Assembly: GCA_963707985.1 (NCBI GenBank)
Contig: CAVPRW010000048.1
Coordinates: 96,001-160,000, forward strand
DNA: 64,000 nucleotides
Source of the DNA: an uncultured Nitrospinota bacterium
GTDB lineage: Bacteria; Tectomicrobia; Entotheonellia; J063; CAVPRW01
Reading direction: 5' to 3'
The translations under genes and the position numbers were made by a program. This document shows, piece after piece, positions 22,125 to 31,503 of the stretch (position 1 is the stretch's first letter; each line of letters starts with the position of its first letter). The notes below the pieces were generated by a model. The model was not told the origin of the DNA. It worked only from the letters and a program-made list of their open reading frames with translations, and did not search any database.

Positions 22125-23363
22125 GGTAGCTCCACACTAAACCGTGGTGCAGTGAGGTTGTAAAGGAAATGGGGGTCCTGACATATTTCTCTTGGCCATG
22201 TGTCCACGCACAGCCAGGAGGATCGTCATGGACCCCACGACGGTATGCTGCCCGAATGTGGCATGTCCCGCCCGCGGCCAAGCAGGCGAGGGCCATATTC
22301 GTCTCCACGCGCGCAAGGACAAACGGAGGCTCTGCACGGCGTGCCACCAGACGTGTACCGCCACGACAGGCACAGCGTTGTACCGCCTGCGGACCTCGGC
22401 AGAGCCGGTCAGCCTCGTGGTCACGCTGCTGGCGCACGGCTGTGCGCTGCCAGCGATCGTCGTCGCCTGTGGGTTCGATGAGCGGACAGTGGCGGCGTGG
22501 GGGGCGCGCGCTGGCCGACAGGGCCAGGCGGTCCAGGAACATCGGGTGGAGCGCCCACGAGACCTGGGCCAGGTGCCAGCCGATGAGATCCGCGTCAAGA
22601 CGCCGGGCGGCATCGTGTGGATGGCGCTGGCGATGCTGGTCAAGACACGGCGGTGGCTGGCCGGCGAGGGCAGTGCGCCTCGTGATAGGCCGCTGATTCG
22701 CCGGCTCCTCGAGCGCGTGCGCCGCGGTGCTGCGCCCGCTCCGCTCTTGCGGTGCACCGATGGCGTGTCCGCCTACGTCCGGGCGAGGCGTGAGACCTGT
22801 CGCGATCCGGTACGCACAGGCGCGCCCGGGCGCCCTCGGCTGCGCCCCTGGCGCCATCTCGACATCGCGCAGGTCGTGAAGCGCGACGTGCAGCGGCGCG
22901 TGGTCGACATCGAGCGCCCTATCGTGGATGGCACGCCCACGCGTGTCGAGACGCTCAGGCGTCGCTCGCACGGGCACGGGGTGAGCCACACCGCAGACAT
23001 CGAGCGGCTCCAGGCGACGTTCCGGGAGCGCTTGGCGTCGCTGACACGCCGCGGGAGCGCGCTGGCGCGTCGTCCGCTGACGCGGCAGCACGGGATGGAT
23101 CTGATCGGCAGTGTCGACCACTGCTGTACGTACCCTGCCAGTCTGCGCCGCACGGCATCGGCGGCTGGTATGACGTGTCTCCAGAGGACGCCTAGCATGG
23201 CTGCCGGGATCACGGATCATGGCTGGACCGTCCAGGAGCTGCTGTCGTTTCACGTACCACCACCCCGCTGGACGCCTTCCACGCCGCGGGGGCGCCCCTC
23301 GCGGGCACGGAAACGCCTGATAGCACGCTGGTGCTCATGACCACGGTTTAGTGTGGAGCTACC
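22125..23363 (+). mobile_element. IS1-family-like insertion sequence
   Basis: Perfect 24-bp TIRs GGTAGCTCCACACTAAACCGTGGT / ACCACGGTTTAGTGTGGAGCTACC; no target duplication visible. Confidence 0.9.
22228..23340 (+). CDS. IS1-like transposase (Zn ribbon, HTH, DDE), probably degenerate
   Basis: CPNVAC...CTACHQ, ADEI, TDG, IER and RTPSMAAGITDHGWTVQELL. Confidence 0.85.
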   Translation: MDPTTVCCPNVACPARGQAGEGHIRLHARKDKRRLCTACHQTCTATTGTALYRLRTSAEPVSLVVTLLAHGCALPAIVVACGFDERTVAAWGARAGRQGQAVQEHRVERPRDLGQVPADEIRVKTPGGIVWMALAMLVKTRRWLAGEGSAPRDRPLIRRLLERVRRGAAPAPLLRCTDGVSAYVRARRETCRDPVRTGAPGRPRLRPWRHLDIAQVVKRDVQRRVVDIERPIVDGTPTRVETLRRRSHGHGVSHTADIERLQATFRERLASLTRRGSALARRPLTRQHGMDLIGSVDHCCTYPASLRRTASAAGMTCLQRTPSMAAGITDHGWTVQELLSFHVPPPRWTPSTPRGRPSRARKRLIARWCS

Positions 23364-23752
23364 TTTTCACGAGTTGTTTTGCGCACGCAAGACAAACAGG
23401 GGAAATCCTACGGGACACTGTCGGAGGGAGCCCGCTGGCGAAAGTAGTCGCACTCTGCACGCTGACTCCTCACTTCCAGGGTCGGCGGCAGTGGCGAGGA
23501 AACTGGCAAGGCATTCACATCTTGGAGTCGGTCATCGAAGAATCAGAATTGATGGTAAAGGGAGTCGGGGATCTTGAGGCGATAGCATTTGTCCTGCACC
23601 GACCGAGGCTACAGCAACTCCTTGCGGTCATGACGCCCGGGACCGAATCTCGATTCGAAGACATAGGGTACTCGAAAGGGGTGGTTCTGACTGTCGATTC
23701 ACTCGGAGCACTCCTGAAGGGCGAAGGTATCGAAGATGGAGCTTGGCTCTGA
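23364..23752 (+). pseudogene. 3' part of a cassette gene truncated by the IS
   Basis: Open frame runs from the IS end to TGA 23752 and is followed by an attC. Confidence 0.45.
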
Positions 23753-23831
23753 GACAAATAATAGAGGAGGCACAGTACTCTCACCCGGATGGGTTTTGTC
23801 GTGGTGTCTAGTGCTCAAGAGGGGTGGTCCA

Positions 23832-23919
23832 GCCGAACTAGGCGCTGCACCTGACTGCCTCCAGCGCTCGCTCCTGCGTCGCTTCCGCTTCCGGCAGCAG
23901 GTGAGCGCTAGCGTTAGAA
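23832..23919 (+). other. attC site
   Basis: GCCGAAC-TAG-GCGCTGCACCTG...CAGGTGAGCGC-TAGC-GTTAGAA. Confidence 0.9.
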
Positions 23920-24001
23920 GCTGCAGGTTCAACAGACGAAGCCATATACAGAGCCATATTTTGATATGGTGCTTAGCCTTCTCATCTGCTAGTCTTGTCC
24001 C

Positions 24002-24292
24002 ATGAGCACGGCAAGCTTCGCATGGGACGTCGAGAAAGACCTCGAAAATCAAGCCAAGCACGGTGTGTCGTTCGCACAGGCGCAATACGCCTTCGCGGAT
24101 TCCCAACGTGTCATTGCTGAAGACCTCTCCCATAGTCAGACCGAACAACGATACTACTGCTTCGGGGCCGTGGGGGAAGGGATTCTCACGGTCCGATTTA
24201 CATACCGTCGGGGGATCATACGCATCTTCGGCGCCGGCTATTGGCGGAAAGGCAGGCAAATCTATGAACGCGAAAATCAGATACACCGATGA
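24002..24292 (+). CDS. BrnT-family toxin (cassette)
   Basis: FAWDVEKDLENQAKHGVSF...HSQTEQRY...ILTVRFTYRRGIIRIFGA. Confidence 0.9.
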   Translation: MSTASFAWDVEKDLENQAKHGVSFAQAQYAFADSQRVIAEDLSHSQTEQRYYCFGAVGEGILTVRFTYRRGIIRIFGAGYWRKGRQIYERENQIHR

Positions 24293-24545
24293 ACCCTTGG
24301 GGGACCTGAGAGTCATTCCTGATTTTTTACCGGCTCCGGAAGAGCTGGTGTTTCAGGATGATACGGTGAAAATTACCATTACCCTGAGTCGATCGAGTGT
24401 GGAGTTCTTCAAGCGTGAGGCAAAGAAGCATCATACCCAGTACCAAAAGATGATTCGTCGTCTCCTCGACGTCTATACGGAGAAGCATCAGCAGCCTCTA
24501 ACAAAGCGCTCCACCGGACGCGGCACACAGCCGCCGCGCCAGTGA
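24264..24545 (+). CDS. BrnA/CopG-like antitoxin (cassette); its stop codon lies inside the attC
   Basis: DFLPAPEELV...KITITLS...FFK...YQKMIRRLLD. Confidence 0.85.
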   Translation: MNAKIRYTDEPLGDLRVIPDFLPAPEELVFQDDTVKITITLSRSSVEFFKREAKKHHTQYQKMIRRLLDVYTEKHQQPLTKRSTGRGTQPPRQ

Positions 24546-24560
24546 GCTTTCGCGTTGGAC
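24496..24560 (+). other. attC site
   Basis: CTCTAAC-AAAGCGCTCCAC...GTGAGCTTT-CGC-GTTGGAC. Confidence 0.85.
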
Positions 24561-24593
24561 GCACCTATAGGGCCGAAAAAGATCGATTGAGAT

Positions 24594-25163
24594 ATGGCGA
24601 CATCAAGCGACTACGAACAGTTCATCTATGGCATATGTCGAGTCATCGGAGAACCAGACGGAATTATTGTCCATCGCAACAAGGCATACACCGGTCGATT
24701 GTCTGGTCGGAAAATCAGGGTGGATGTATCCTTCGAGGGACAGTTGCTCGGTGCTCACATCCTTGGTCTTGTGGAATGCAAATGTTACAAGAGCCGTGTT
24801 GAGGTGAGCGACGTGGAGGAATTTCACTCTAAGCTGGACGACATTGGCGCTCATAAGGGCATCATGTTTACGACGGTGGGGTACGAAGCCGGTGCCAAGA
24901 AAGTGGCGAAGGGGCGAGGTATCGCTCTCTTTACATTGCGGGAAGGCCAGGAGCCAGGAGAACTTCGAGTCGAGATGAAGTCGGCGAACCGGCCCGCTGC
25001 GTCTACCTTCCTCAGGGGCAACTTCCTTCCGTGGGGGCAGTTTTCAGAACCAGGGGATGAGATTGGTTATCGTGTGGAATCGGCAAACGAGCTTTTCTAT
25101 CTCCTGGCCTTCAGTGAAGATGAGAGATTTGAAGAACTGGCGCGCCAGCAGGGACAGGGATAG
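24594..25163 (+). CDS. Mrr-like restriction endonuclease (cassette)
   Basis: VDV...LVECKCY...VEVSDVEEFHSKLDDIGAHKGIMFTTVGY..GA. Confidence 0.85.
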   Translation: MATSSDYEQFIYGICRVIGEPDGIIVHRNKAYTGRLSGRKIRVDVSFEGQLLGAHILGLVECKCYKSRVEVSDVEEFHSKLDDIGAHKGIMFTTVGYEAGAKKVAKGRGIALFTLREGQEPGELRVEMKSANRPAASTFLRGNFLPWGQFSEPGDEIGYRVESANELFYLLAFSEDERFEELARQQGQG

Positions 25164-25196
25164 CACCCACTCCCCAGGTTAATGGGTGATGAGGGC

Positions 25197-25260
25197 GTCC
25201 AACAAGCGCATGCAGCCGACGCGCAACAAGCCGCGCGCGGCTGATGCCTGAGCGTTCGGC
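25197..25260 (+). other. attC site
   Basis: GTCCAAC-AAGC-GCATGCAGCCG...CGGCTGATGC-CTGAGC-GTTCGGC. Confidence 0.9.
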
Positions 25261-25350
25261 TTTTTCCTCTCTCTAAGATGGTCCAGACACCAGAGCTAAA
25301 ATCCGGTATTATGATCCAAACAAACCCGATCTCTCGAGAAGCTGTGGACC

Positions 25351-25845
25351 ATGGATACCTTAGATACAGGCAGCGCAAAGGCCACCGTCTATATCGAAAC
25401 GAGCCTCGTCAGTTATCTCACGGCACGAGCAAGCCGTGATTTGCTCGTAGCCGCCCATCAGCACCTCACTGCGGCGTGGTGGGACCACCAGCGGCCACGC
25501 TACGAACTCTTCACCTCTCAAGTGGTGTTGGTGGAGGCAAGCGCGGGCGATCCAGAGGCCGCCCAACGACGCCTCACCGCACTCGAACCTCTCCCGCTCT
25601 TGGACGTGACGGATGCGGCGATTGCGCTCGCCGCGACGCTCATCACCGGACAGGCGCTACCAGCCCAAGCTGCCCAAGATGCACTCCACCTCGCCATTGC
25701 CTGCGTCCACGGGATGGAGTATCTCCTGACGTGGAACTGCACGCATCTGGCGAATGCGCGGTTACGGAATCGCATCGAACAGGTCTGTCGCGAGGCAGGC
25801 TATGCCCCGCCGATTATTTGTACCCCAGAAGAACTTGAGGGCTAA
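25351..25845 (+). CDS. VapC/PIN toxin (cassette)
   Basis: VYIETSLVSYL...DALHLAIA...LLTWNCTHLANA...ICTPEEL. Confidence 0.9.
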   Translation: MDTLDTGSAKATVYIETSLVSYLTARASRDLLVAAHQHLTAAWWDHQRPRYELFTSQVVLVEASAGDPEAAQRRLTALEPLPLLDVTDAAIALAATLITGQALPAQAAQDALHLAIACVHGMEYLLTWNCTHLANARLRNRIEQVCREAGYAPPIICTPEELEG

Positions 25846-25848
25846 CCC

Positions 25849-26046
25849 ATGTGGCAAGACCCCATTGTCGAGGAAATTCACAAAATTCGTGAGGCACTAG
25901 CGGCCAAATTCCAGTATGACGTGCAGGCGTTAGGGAAGTTTTTCCAAGCGCAGCAGGCCACAGAGCACCGCGTGGTGGTGACCCGTGCCCCACGACGTGT
26001 GCCAGAAGCCATCCAAGGCCCGACGTCCACGCCAGACCAAGCCTAA
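25849..26046 (+). CDS. Small putative antitoxin (cassette)
   Basis: MWQDPIVEEIHKIRE...KFQYD directly after the PIN gene; stop codon overlaps the attC R''. Confidence 0.75.
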   Translation: MWQDPIVEEIHKIREALAAKFQYDVQALGKFFQAQQATEHRVVVTRAPRRVPEAIQGPTSTPDQA

Positions 26047-26122
26047 CCATCGCGTGCAGGCGACGGCAAACAGCGTCCGCTGCGCTCCCGCTGTCTGCCG
26101 CGCCTGACGCCGGGCGTTCGGC
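26041..26122 (+). other. attC site
   Basis: GCCTAAC...GCGTGCAGGCG...CGCCTGACGC...GTTCGGC. Confidence 0.9.
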
Positions 26123-26191
26123 TACCAACGACTGGTCACAATGTATCACATGTTCGACTGTTGCGGACACAAGCCGGAGGTCAAAACCGTG

Positions 26192-27115
26192 ATGAAACAA
26201 CTGACCATCTTGATTGGTGGGGCCACTGGTTTCGTCGGGAACCAGCTCGTGGCCCATCTGTCAACGCACTATCCGCAGGTGCAGGTGCGGGCGTTGACGC
26301 GGACGCCGGAGTCGGACACCGCACGCCACTTCGCGGCACTACCCGGGGTCACGGTGGTCCAGGGCAACTATGGGGATGTGCGATCGCTGGAGGCTGCCGC
26401 AGAGGGGGCAGACCGCGCCTACGTGGCCTGTAACAATGTGGCAGAGCAGCGCCGATTTGAGTGTAACTTCATTGATGCGTGCCAGGTCCAAGGGGTGCGT
26501 CGGATTGCCAAAATCTCGACCTTCCGCTCTTTTTGTCGGGCTGATGGGCCGGGGCACGGGGCCGCGCATTATCACATTGCACAGCACCTGCACCACAGTG
26601 GAGTCGACCATGTGATCCTCCACCCCGCCTATTATTTCCAGAGCCTCCTCTACTTCACGCAGCCGATCAAGACGGCCGGGATACTCCCCCAATTGCTGGG
26701 GGACATGCAGCTCAATATGGTGGATTGCCGCGATGTGTCCCAGTGTGCTGCCGCCTTGTTGACGTGTGATGAGGAGACGTTTGCGCCCTTTAATGGCCAC
26801 CATGTCGAGATTGCTGGCCCAGAGACATTAGGCGGCGAAGACTGGGCCGAAGCCCTGCGCCATGCCGGCGTCACGGTGCGGTAGGCAAAAGTCGCTCCCG
26901 ACGCGTTTCAGCAAGGACTCCGCAGTGTCGGAGTGCCAGAGGATATGGCCGCCAACATCACCGCCTTTCACACATGCTTCTATGATGGGTCAGCCCAAGT
27001 TGCGGAGCATGCCACCAGCCCTGGCTTGGAGGGCCTCCCAGGCGTGCCAGTACGTTGGCGTCGGTTCGCAGCGTTCGTGACGGAAGTGGCACCAATGTTC
27101 CAACCCGCACAGTGA
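26192..27115 (+). pseudogene. NmrA-family NAD(P)-binding protein (cassette) with an in-frame TAG at 26882-26884
   Basis: ILIGGATGFVG Rossmann motif and VDCRDV; ORF 26933-27115 continues in the same frame. Confidence 0.8.
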
Positions 27116-27188
27116 GGCCTTGAGGCGTTGGGAACATCATGAGAGACTCAAAGTAACTGATATGCTGAGCCTTACTTGCCAAGGCAGC

Positions 27189-27276
27189 GCCGAACAAAGC
27201 GCTGCAGCCGATGCCCTACAGCGTCCGCTCGTGCCTCGCTTCCGCTTCCAGCAGCAGGTGACGCCTGGCGTTCGGC
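27189..27276 (+). other. attC site
   Basis: GCCGAAC-AAAGCGCTGCAGCCG...CAGGTGACGCCTGGC-GTTCGGC. Confidence 0.88.
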
Positions 27277-27298
27277 GGCATAAACAAGGAGAGTTCTA

Positions 27299-29617
27299 AT
27301 GCCTATAACTCCATCTGATTTAACTCCGGAGGTCCGTCACATCCTCGACAAGCCAGCGCGAGAAGGTGCATGCCACAGCGAGCAGCCGGTTTGCCTACCC
27401 GACCCGCGCGTAACGGCCCAGTTGACAACGGAAAAGCCAGAACGACAAGTCGCCCCGTGGCGGATAGGTAATGCCTGCAAGGGCGATCTAATCATATGCC
27501 CTGGGGGCCCTGCCGGAATGATCGGCGGGCTGCTGTCGCAGATCGACCCGCCGCAGTACTACGACCATGTGGGGATCATGACCGCCGACGAGGTTGAAAT
27601 TCGCCAAGCGGCTGCAATTGGGGATCGCGTCGAGAAGTTCTACAACGGCAGCATCCTGGGTTTGGATGATGCACCGACCGATGGCATTCAGGAGAACGCT
27701 TTGCGGTTCCTCTGGCCTGGAACTTTAACCCAGTCGGCGGAACGAGCATACCAAATCTGGCACGGCATGGGCAACCATGTCGCTAACGGCCAGGACGCGT
27801 TAGGCAACAAGGTTCTCGATGATGCTTGGAAAGTCAAGGACAACGAGAGCGGTGAATCGTTTTTTGTAAACACCCTCACCTGCGGCCCAGTGCGCATGAT
27901 CGTTCGTGGTGTCTGGACAAACGTCTATCCGCTGGTGGTCAAACCTTGCCCGCTCCTGGAGACCCCAGCTGTGCGGGCTGCTCTCCATCGTGTCGCCGAC
28001 GCTGCCAAGGAGCTGCGCGGGTACTATAGCTTCTTCGTCTACACTCACGCCGCCGCCGGCCTCGACTCATGGAAAGTTGGCCCACCGATGCTCGAGGCGG
28101 AGAAGCCCGACCCGGCCAGCTCATGTATTGGGGTCAAGCCGCTGGTCCGTGTCCGCGCCGGCGATACCATCCCGATGGTCTGTTCGGCGTTCATCTGGCT
28201 CGCCGTCCACCTCGTTAACGACCGGGCCGCGACGGCGAATCCGCCCTACCCACGGATCATCCTCGATGGTCGGCCGCAATTGTATCACTTCGACGCCGGG
28301 GGTGATTATGGTCGGGGCATGTGCAACAGCTTCTTCCCACGCATGCCGGCCATTGACAAGATCAACTCGCAGACTCCTGACGGGCTGTACTTCTACAGCA
28401 AGGAGGAGCGAGCAAAAGCGGCTAAATGGCTATATGACTATGAAGTGAAGAAAGTCAGGGATAAGCTCGACGAGGAACTGCCCGGACTGCTCGCCAGCTT
28501 GGGGATCGGGGTGGGCGTGGGTTTGACGGTGCAGAAACTCCTTGCCCTGCTCACGAGCTGGAACGCCGGGGCCGTGGCTGTGCTGCTGGGCTTCACCCCT
28601 TTGTTTCTGGAAGAGCTGATCGTGCTGATCTCCGACATGCCCGACGACCTGGCCAATCAGATCTGCAACGCCTTCGCGTTCGACAGGTGCGAGACCACCG
28701 CTAAAGACGACGACAACTGGAAGAACCCTGGCGTGCGGTATGCAGTCAGTCCGGACAACATCATCAACTCCTGGGCACCTCCCACCCCGCACGAAGACCC
28801 CGCAGTGCTCCATGGACTATATGGCTACAATCAGCGGTTGATCCCCAGAATGCCGGAGTTTGTACGCAATCCACCGCCCCCGAGCACCTGGCAGATTTCG
28901 CAGGGATTTGTGCCTGTGAGACGTGGCCGAGTATTGTTCCAAGGGAAGGGCGTTCATGGTGCTTCTGTGCGGGTTGGGTGCGTTCAGTTCATGACTGGTC
29001 CAGATGGCTTCTTTCCACAAGGACAGCAGATGCCCTCCGGTCGCTACTGGGCCGTCGCAAAATACGTGCACCCAAAGACTGGCTTTTTGCTGGAGTCGAA
29101 GGGCGAGGCAGTGACTGTGCCGGATGTCGGGGGAGTAGAGCTGGAGTTAGGTCTGCAAGAGCCGCCCGATACGCGTCGCGAGGTGCTGATTGAAGGAAAG
29201 ATGGATTTGGTCAACCGTTATGCGATCGGCGAGGACTGGTGGGCACACCCGCAGTTTGTGTTGGAACCAGCGCTGATCGGCCTCGACTACTTCCCCGACG
29301 AGCCCGAATTCGCTGAGCAGCGCAAGGCCAGCATGGCCCAGCCACGGGGCCGAGGGGAGCAAGTCGACGACTGGGGACACGCCGAGCTGCAGTGTGTCCT
29401 CGAGATTCAGAACGATCGATCAATCAAGGTCACGTACAAGGTGCGGCTGAACGCAGGGGATGATGACTGGCAGGAGGAGGCAACTTTCTTCGTACCGCCG
29501 AAGGCAGATAACGCCAATCCTGGCATGCCCAAAGTCATCGATTTGGTGCGGTCGGAAATGGCCTGGCCGGTCCGAGCGCACATCGAATTCACGGTGCATA
29601 ATAACCGCGCGTCGTAG
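27299..29617 (+). CDS. 772-aa cassette protein with permuted papain-like (YaeF/YiiX-type) motifs and beta-rich C-terminal domains
   Basis: AAGGAG RBS; GDLII...YYDHVGIM...MVCSAFIW (His before Cys). Confidence 0.6.
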   Translation: MPITPSDLTPEVRHILDKPAREGACHSEQPVCLPDPRVTAQLTTEKPERQVAPWRIGNACKGDLIICPGGPAGMIGGLLSQIDPPQYYDHVGIMTADEVEIRQAAAIGDRVEKFYNGSILGLDDAPTDGIQENALRFLWPGTLTQSAERAYQIWHGMGNHVANGQDALGNKVLDDAWKVKDNESGESFFVNTLTCGPVRMIVRGVWTNVYPLVVKPCPLLETPAVRAALHRVADAAKELRGYYSFFVYTHAAAGLDSWKVGPPMLEAEKPDPASSCIGVKPLVRVRAGDTIPMVCSAFIWLAVHLVNDRAATANPPYPRIILDGRPQLYHFDAGGDYGRGMCNSFFPRMPAIDKINSQTPDGLYFYSKEERAKAAKWLYDYEVKKVRDKLDEELPGLLASLGIGVGVGLTVQKLLALLTSWNAGAVAVLLGFTPLFLEELIVLISDMPDDLANQICNAFAFDRCETTAKDDDNWKNPGVRYAVSPDNIINSWAPPTPHEDPAVLHGLYGYNQRLIPRMPEFVRNPPPPSTWQISQGFVPVRRGRVLFQGKGVHGASVRVGCVQFMTGPDGFFPQGQQMPSGRYWAVAKYVHPKTGFLLESKGEAVTVPDVGGVELELGLQEPPDTRREVLIEGKMDLVNRYAIGEDWWAHPQFVLEPALIGLDYFPDEPEFAEQRKASMAQPRGRGEQVDDWGHAELQCVLEIQNDRSIKVTYKVRLNAGDDDWQEEATFFVPPKADNANPGMPKVIDLVRSEMAWPVRAHIEFTVHNNRAS

Positions 29618-29640
29618 AGCTGTCCCCGGCGTACACAACT

Positions 29641-30555
29641 GCCCAACAAGGGTTTGCTCGCGCCAAGGTAAGCCCGAAACCTTGGAATTGGGTGAAAACC
29701 CATGAAATTGGTTGATGTTTCCCAGTGGGTGCGCACACCGTGCAAATCCCACCTGACGAACGTCTAGCCCACAGGTCAGGAGCGAAGCCGCGTGCCTCCC
29801 CGCAAGGGGCCGTACGGAGCCGGGTGTCGCGAGAAGGCAGGCCGCGTGATTGAGCCCCGACAGGTGTAGAGTCGTGGACAAGAGGATATCCTTCAGGGGG
29901 ATCGAAGGGAAAGCCGACGGTTGGCAAGCGCCGGAAGGCAGCAGTCCTGGATGCATTAGGGCGAGTATCGAGGACACCACCGGGGTCTGAGAGCGGGGCA
30001 TGTCTGCAGCGGGGGGACTCGGGCACGTGGGAGAGCCACCCGTCTCCTTGTACCAGTGCCGGAACAGGGGGAGCGGCGGACCACAGGCCCTGGCGTGGCC
30101 CGGGGGCTTCCACCGGGCGACGAGCCGGAAACGGAGACCACGAACGTGGGAAGCCAGCAAGGGACTCGGGGTTGCGAGCGACCAGCGCAGCACCCCGAGA
30201 CGGGCAGGGTGGCAGTCGTCGCGGCGCATCGTACCGAGGACGGTGGGGACGTGAGGCCCAAGCGACCCACGGGAGGGAAGGCGCCGTCGGGCAGAGCCTC
30301 CGCTGGTCGGAGACAGGGGAGAGACCTAGAGCTCACGAACCCTGACCACGGCAGGCCAGTGGACTGTGGAGCCAGGGCGACCTTGCGTGGGCAGCAGCCG
30401 CTCTGTCTGAGGAACCGTATGCGTGAATGGCGCACGTACGGATCTGTGGGGGGGCCGGATGGGTAACCATCGGCTCTACCCGGCAGCCGACGCCTTACAG
30501 CCTACGCTCCTACATCGCTCCGGCTTCCAGGCGCGGCTGAAACCTAGCATTCGGG
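29641..30555 (+). other. attC site interrupted by a group II intron
   Basis: GCCCAAC-AAG-GGTTTGC | intron | AGCCG...CGGCTGAAACC-TAGC-ATTCGGG; the R' core reads ATT instead of GTT. Confidence 0.85.
29658..30484 (+). ncRNA. ORF-less group II intron, copy 1 (827 nt)
   Basis: Domain V/VI-like GAACCGTATGCGTGAATGGCGCACGTACGGATC-TGTGGGGGGGCCGGATGGGTAACCATCGGCTCTACCCGGC; domain I-like GAAAGCCGAC...GAAGGC; no RT ORF. Confidence 0.88.
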
Positions 30556-30631
30556 CGGACATGCTGCGCACGTCCGCCCGAATGCGGCGCTCACTGCGTT
30601 CGCCGCCTGGTTCGGCCACGCGCTTCGCGCC

Positions 30632-30715
30632 GCCGAACCAAGCAGCTGCACCTGCCACGGCGGCCGTCAAGCCTGCGGCTCGCCGTCCCCCGCGCAGGTG
30701 AGCGCCGCATTAGGG
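30632..30715 (+). other. attC site (R' degenerate)
   Basis: GCCGAAC...GCTGCACCTGC...GCAGGTGAGC...ATTAGGG. Confidence 0.75.
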
Positions 30716-30745
30716 CTCAACTAACAGTGCAAGGGAGGTTCGCAG

Positions 30746-30958
30746 GTGAAGGACCATTACACGGCCGTACTGAAGCAGAAAGGCGACTGGTGGATCGGCT
30801 GGATCGAGGAGGTTCCGGGGGTGAATTGTCAGGAGCGGTCGAAAGGGGACCTCATCGAAACGCTCCGGATCACCCTGCGTGAAGCCCTCGAATTCAACCG
30901 CCGAGAAGCACTCGACGCGGCGGGGGAGAGCTACGAGGAGCAAGAAATCGCCCTATGA
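30746..30958 (+). CDS. hicB: HicB-family antitoxin (cassette)
   Basis: YTAVLKQKGDWWIGWIEEVPGVNCQERS...LREAL. Confidence 0.88.
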   Translation: MKDHYTAVLKQKGDWWIGWIEEVPGVNCQERSKGDLIETLRITLREALEFNRREALDAAGESYEEQEIAL

Positions 30959-31143
30959 AGCGCCGAGAGTTCCTTCGGCATCTCCGAGCCCATGGATGTC
31001 AGCTGTTGCGGGAGGGCGCCCGACACTCTTGGTGGCATAATCCCAGCCTGAACAAACGTTCCGCCGTGCCTCGCCACACTGACATTGACGAGGATCTCGC
31101 ACGAAAGATTTGCCGAGACCTCGGAGTCCCTTGGATCCGTTGA
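30955..31143 (+). CDS. hicA: HicA-family toxin (cassette)
   Basis: MKRREFLRHL..HGC.LLREGARHSWW...VPRHTDI. Confidence 0.9.
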   Translation: MKRREFLRHLRAHGCQLLREGARHSWWHNPSLNKRSAVPRHTDIDEDLARKICRDLGVPWIR

Positions 31144-31144
31144 G

Positions 31145-31255
31145 CCCTAACAACACACTCCAGCGGACGGGGGGACAGCGGTGCGTTGCCGCTCGGCGGC
31201 CAAGTCATAAGGTTGGTGGTGGTGCGGCCCCCGCCGCTGAGCGTGGGCGATAAGC
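31145..31255 (+). other. attC site (R' core GAT)
   Basis: CCCTAAC...CACACTCCAGCGG...CCGCTGAGCGTG-GGC-GATAAGC. Confidence 0.75.
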
Positions 31256-31292
31256 GGACCGCTCGCAAGGCTCGCTTGGGCTTTGCCCATCC

Positions 31293-31453
31293 GCTTATCG
31301 CCGGCTGTTGAGTGCTTCGCACTCTAACGCCCTTGACTGGCTCCGCTCGCGCTCCGCCTATCAAGGGCGTTAGAGCCGACTGCGCTTCTCGCGTGGAAGA
31401 CGCTCCGCGTTTCCCACGCTGCGAGGCTCGCGGCTCAACAGCCGGCGTTAGAT
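31293..31453 (+). other. attC-like site with a nested hairpin insert
   Basis: GCTTATC-GCCGGCTGTTGAG...CTCAACAGCCGGC-GTTAGAT; internal 15-bp inverted repeat at 31322-31336/31361-31375. Confidence 0.7.
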
Positions 31454-31503
31454 TTCCAGGAATGAATTGACTCCAGAGTATCTGGCCGTTTGGGAGGACG
31501 AGA

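Noticed and set aside
22102..23253. 383-aa minus-strand ORF
   Set aside because: Antisense shadow of the IS1-like transposase
20000..23400. Integron integrase upstream of the array
   Set aside because: No tyrosine-recombinase motifs on either strand; the position is occupied by the IS and the ABC transporter gene
26882..26884. Pyrrolysine or stop-codon recoding at the NmrA in-frame TAG
   Set aside because: TAG is used as a normal stop by many genes here; a point mutation or sequencing error is more likely
29420..30466. Long ORFs across the intron copies (also 33975-35067)
   Set aside because: No RT motifs, and the frames differ between near-identical copies; these are chance ORFs in GC-rich structured RNA
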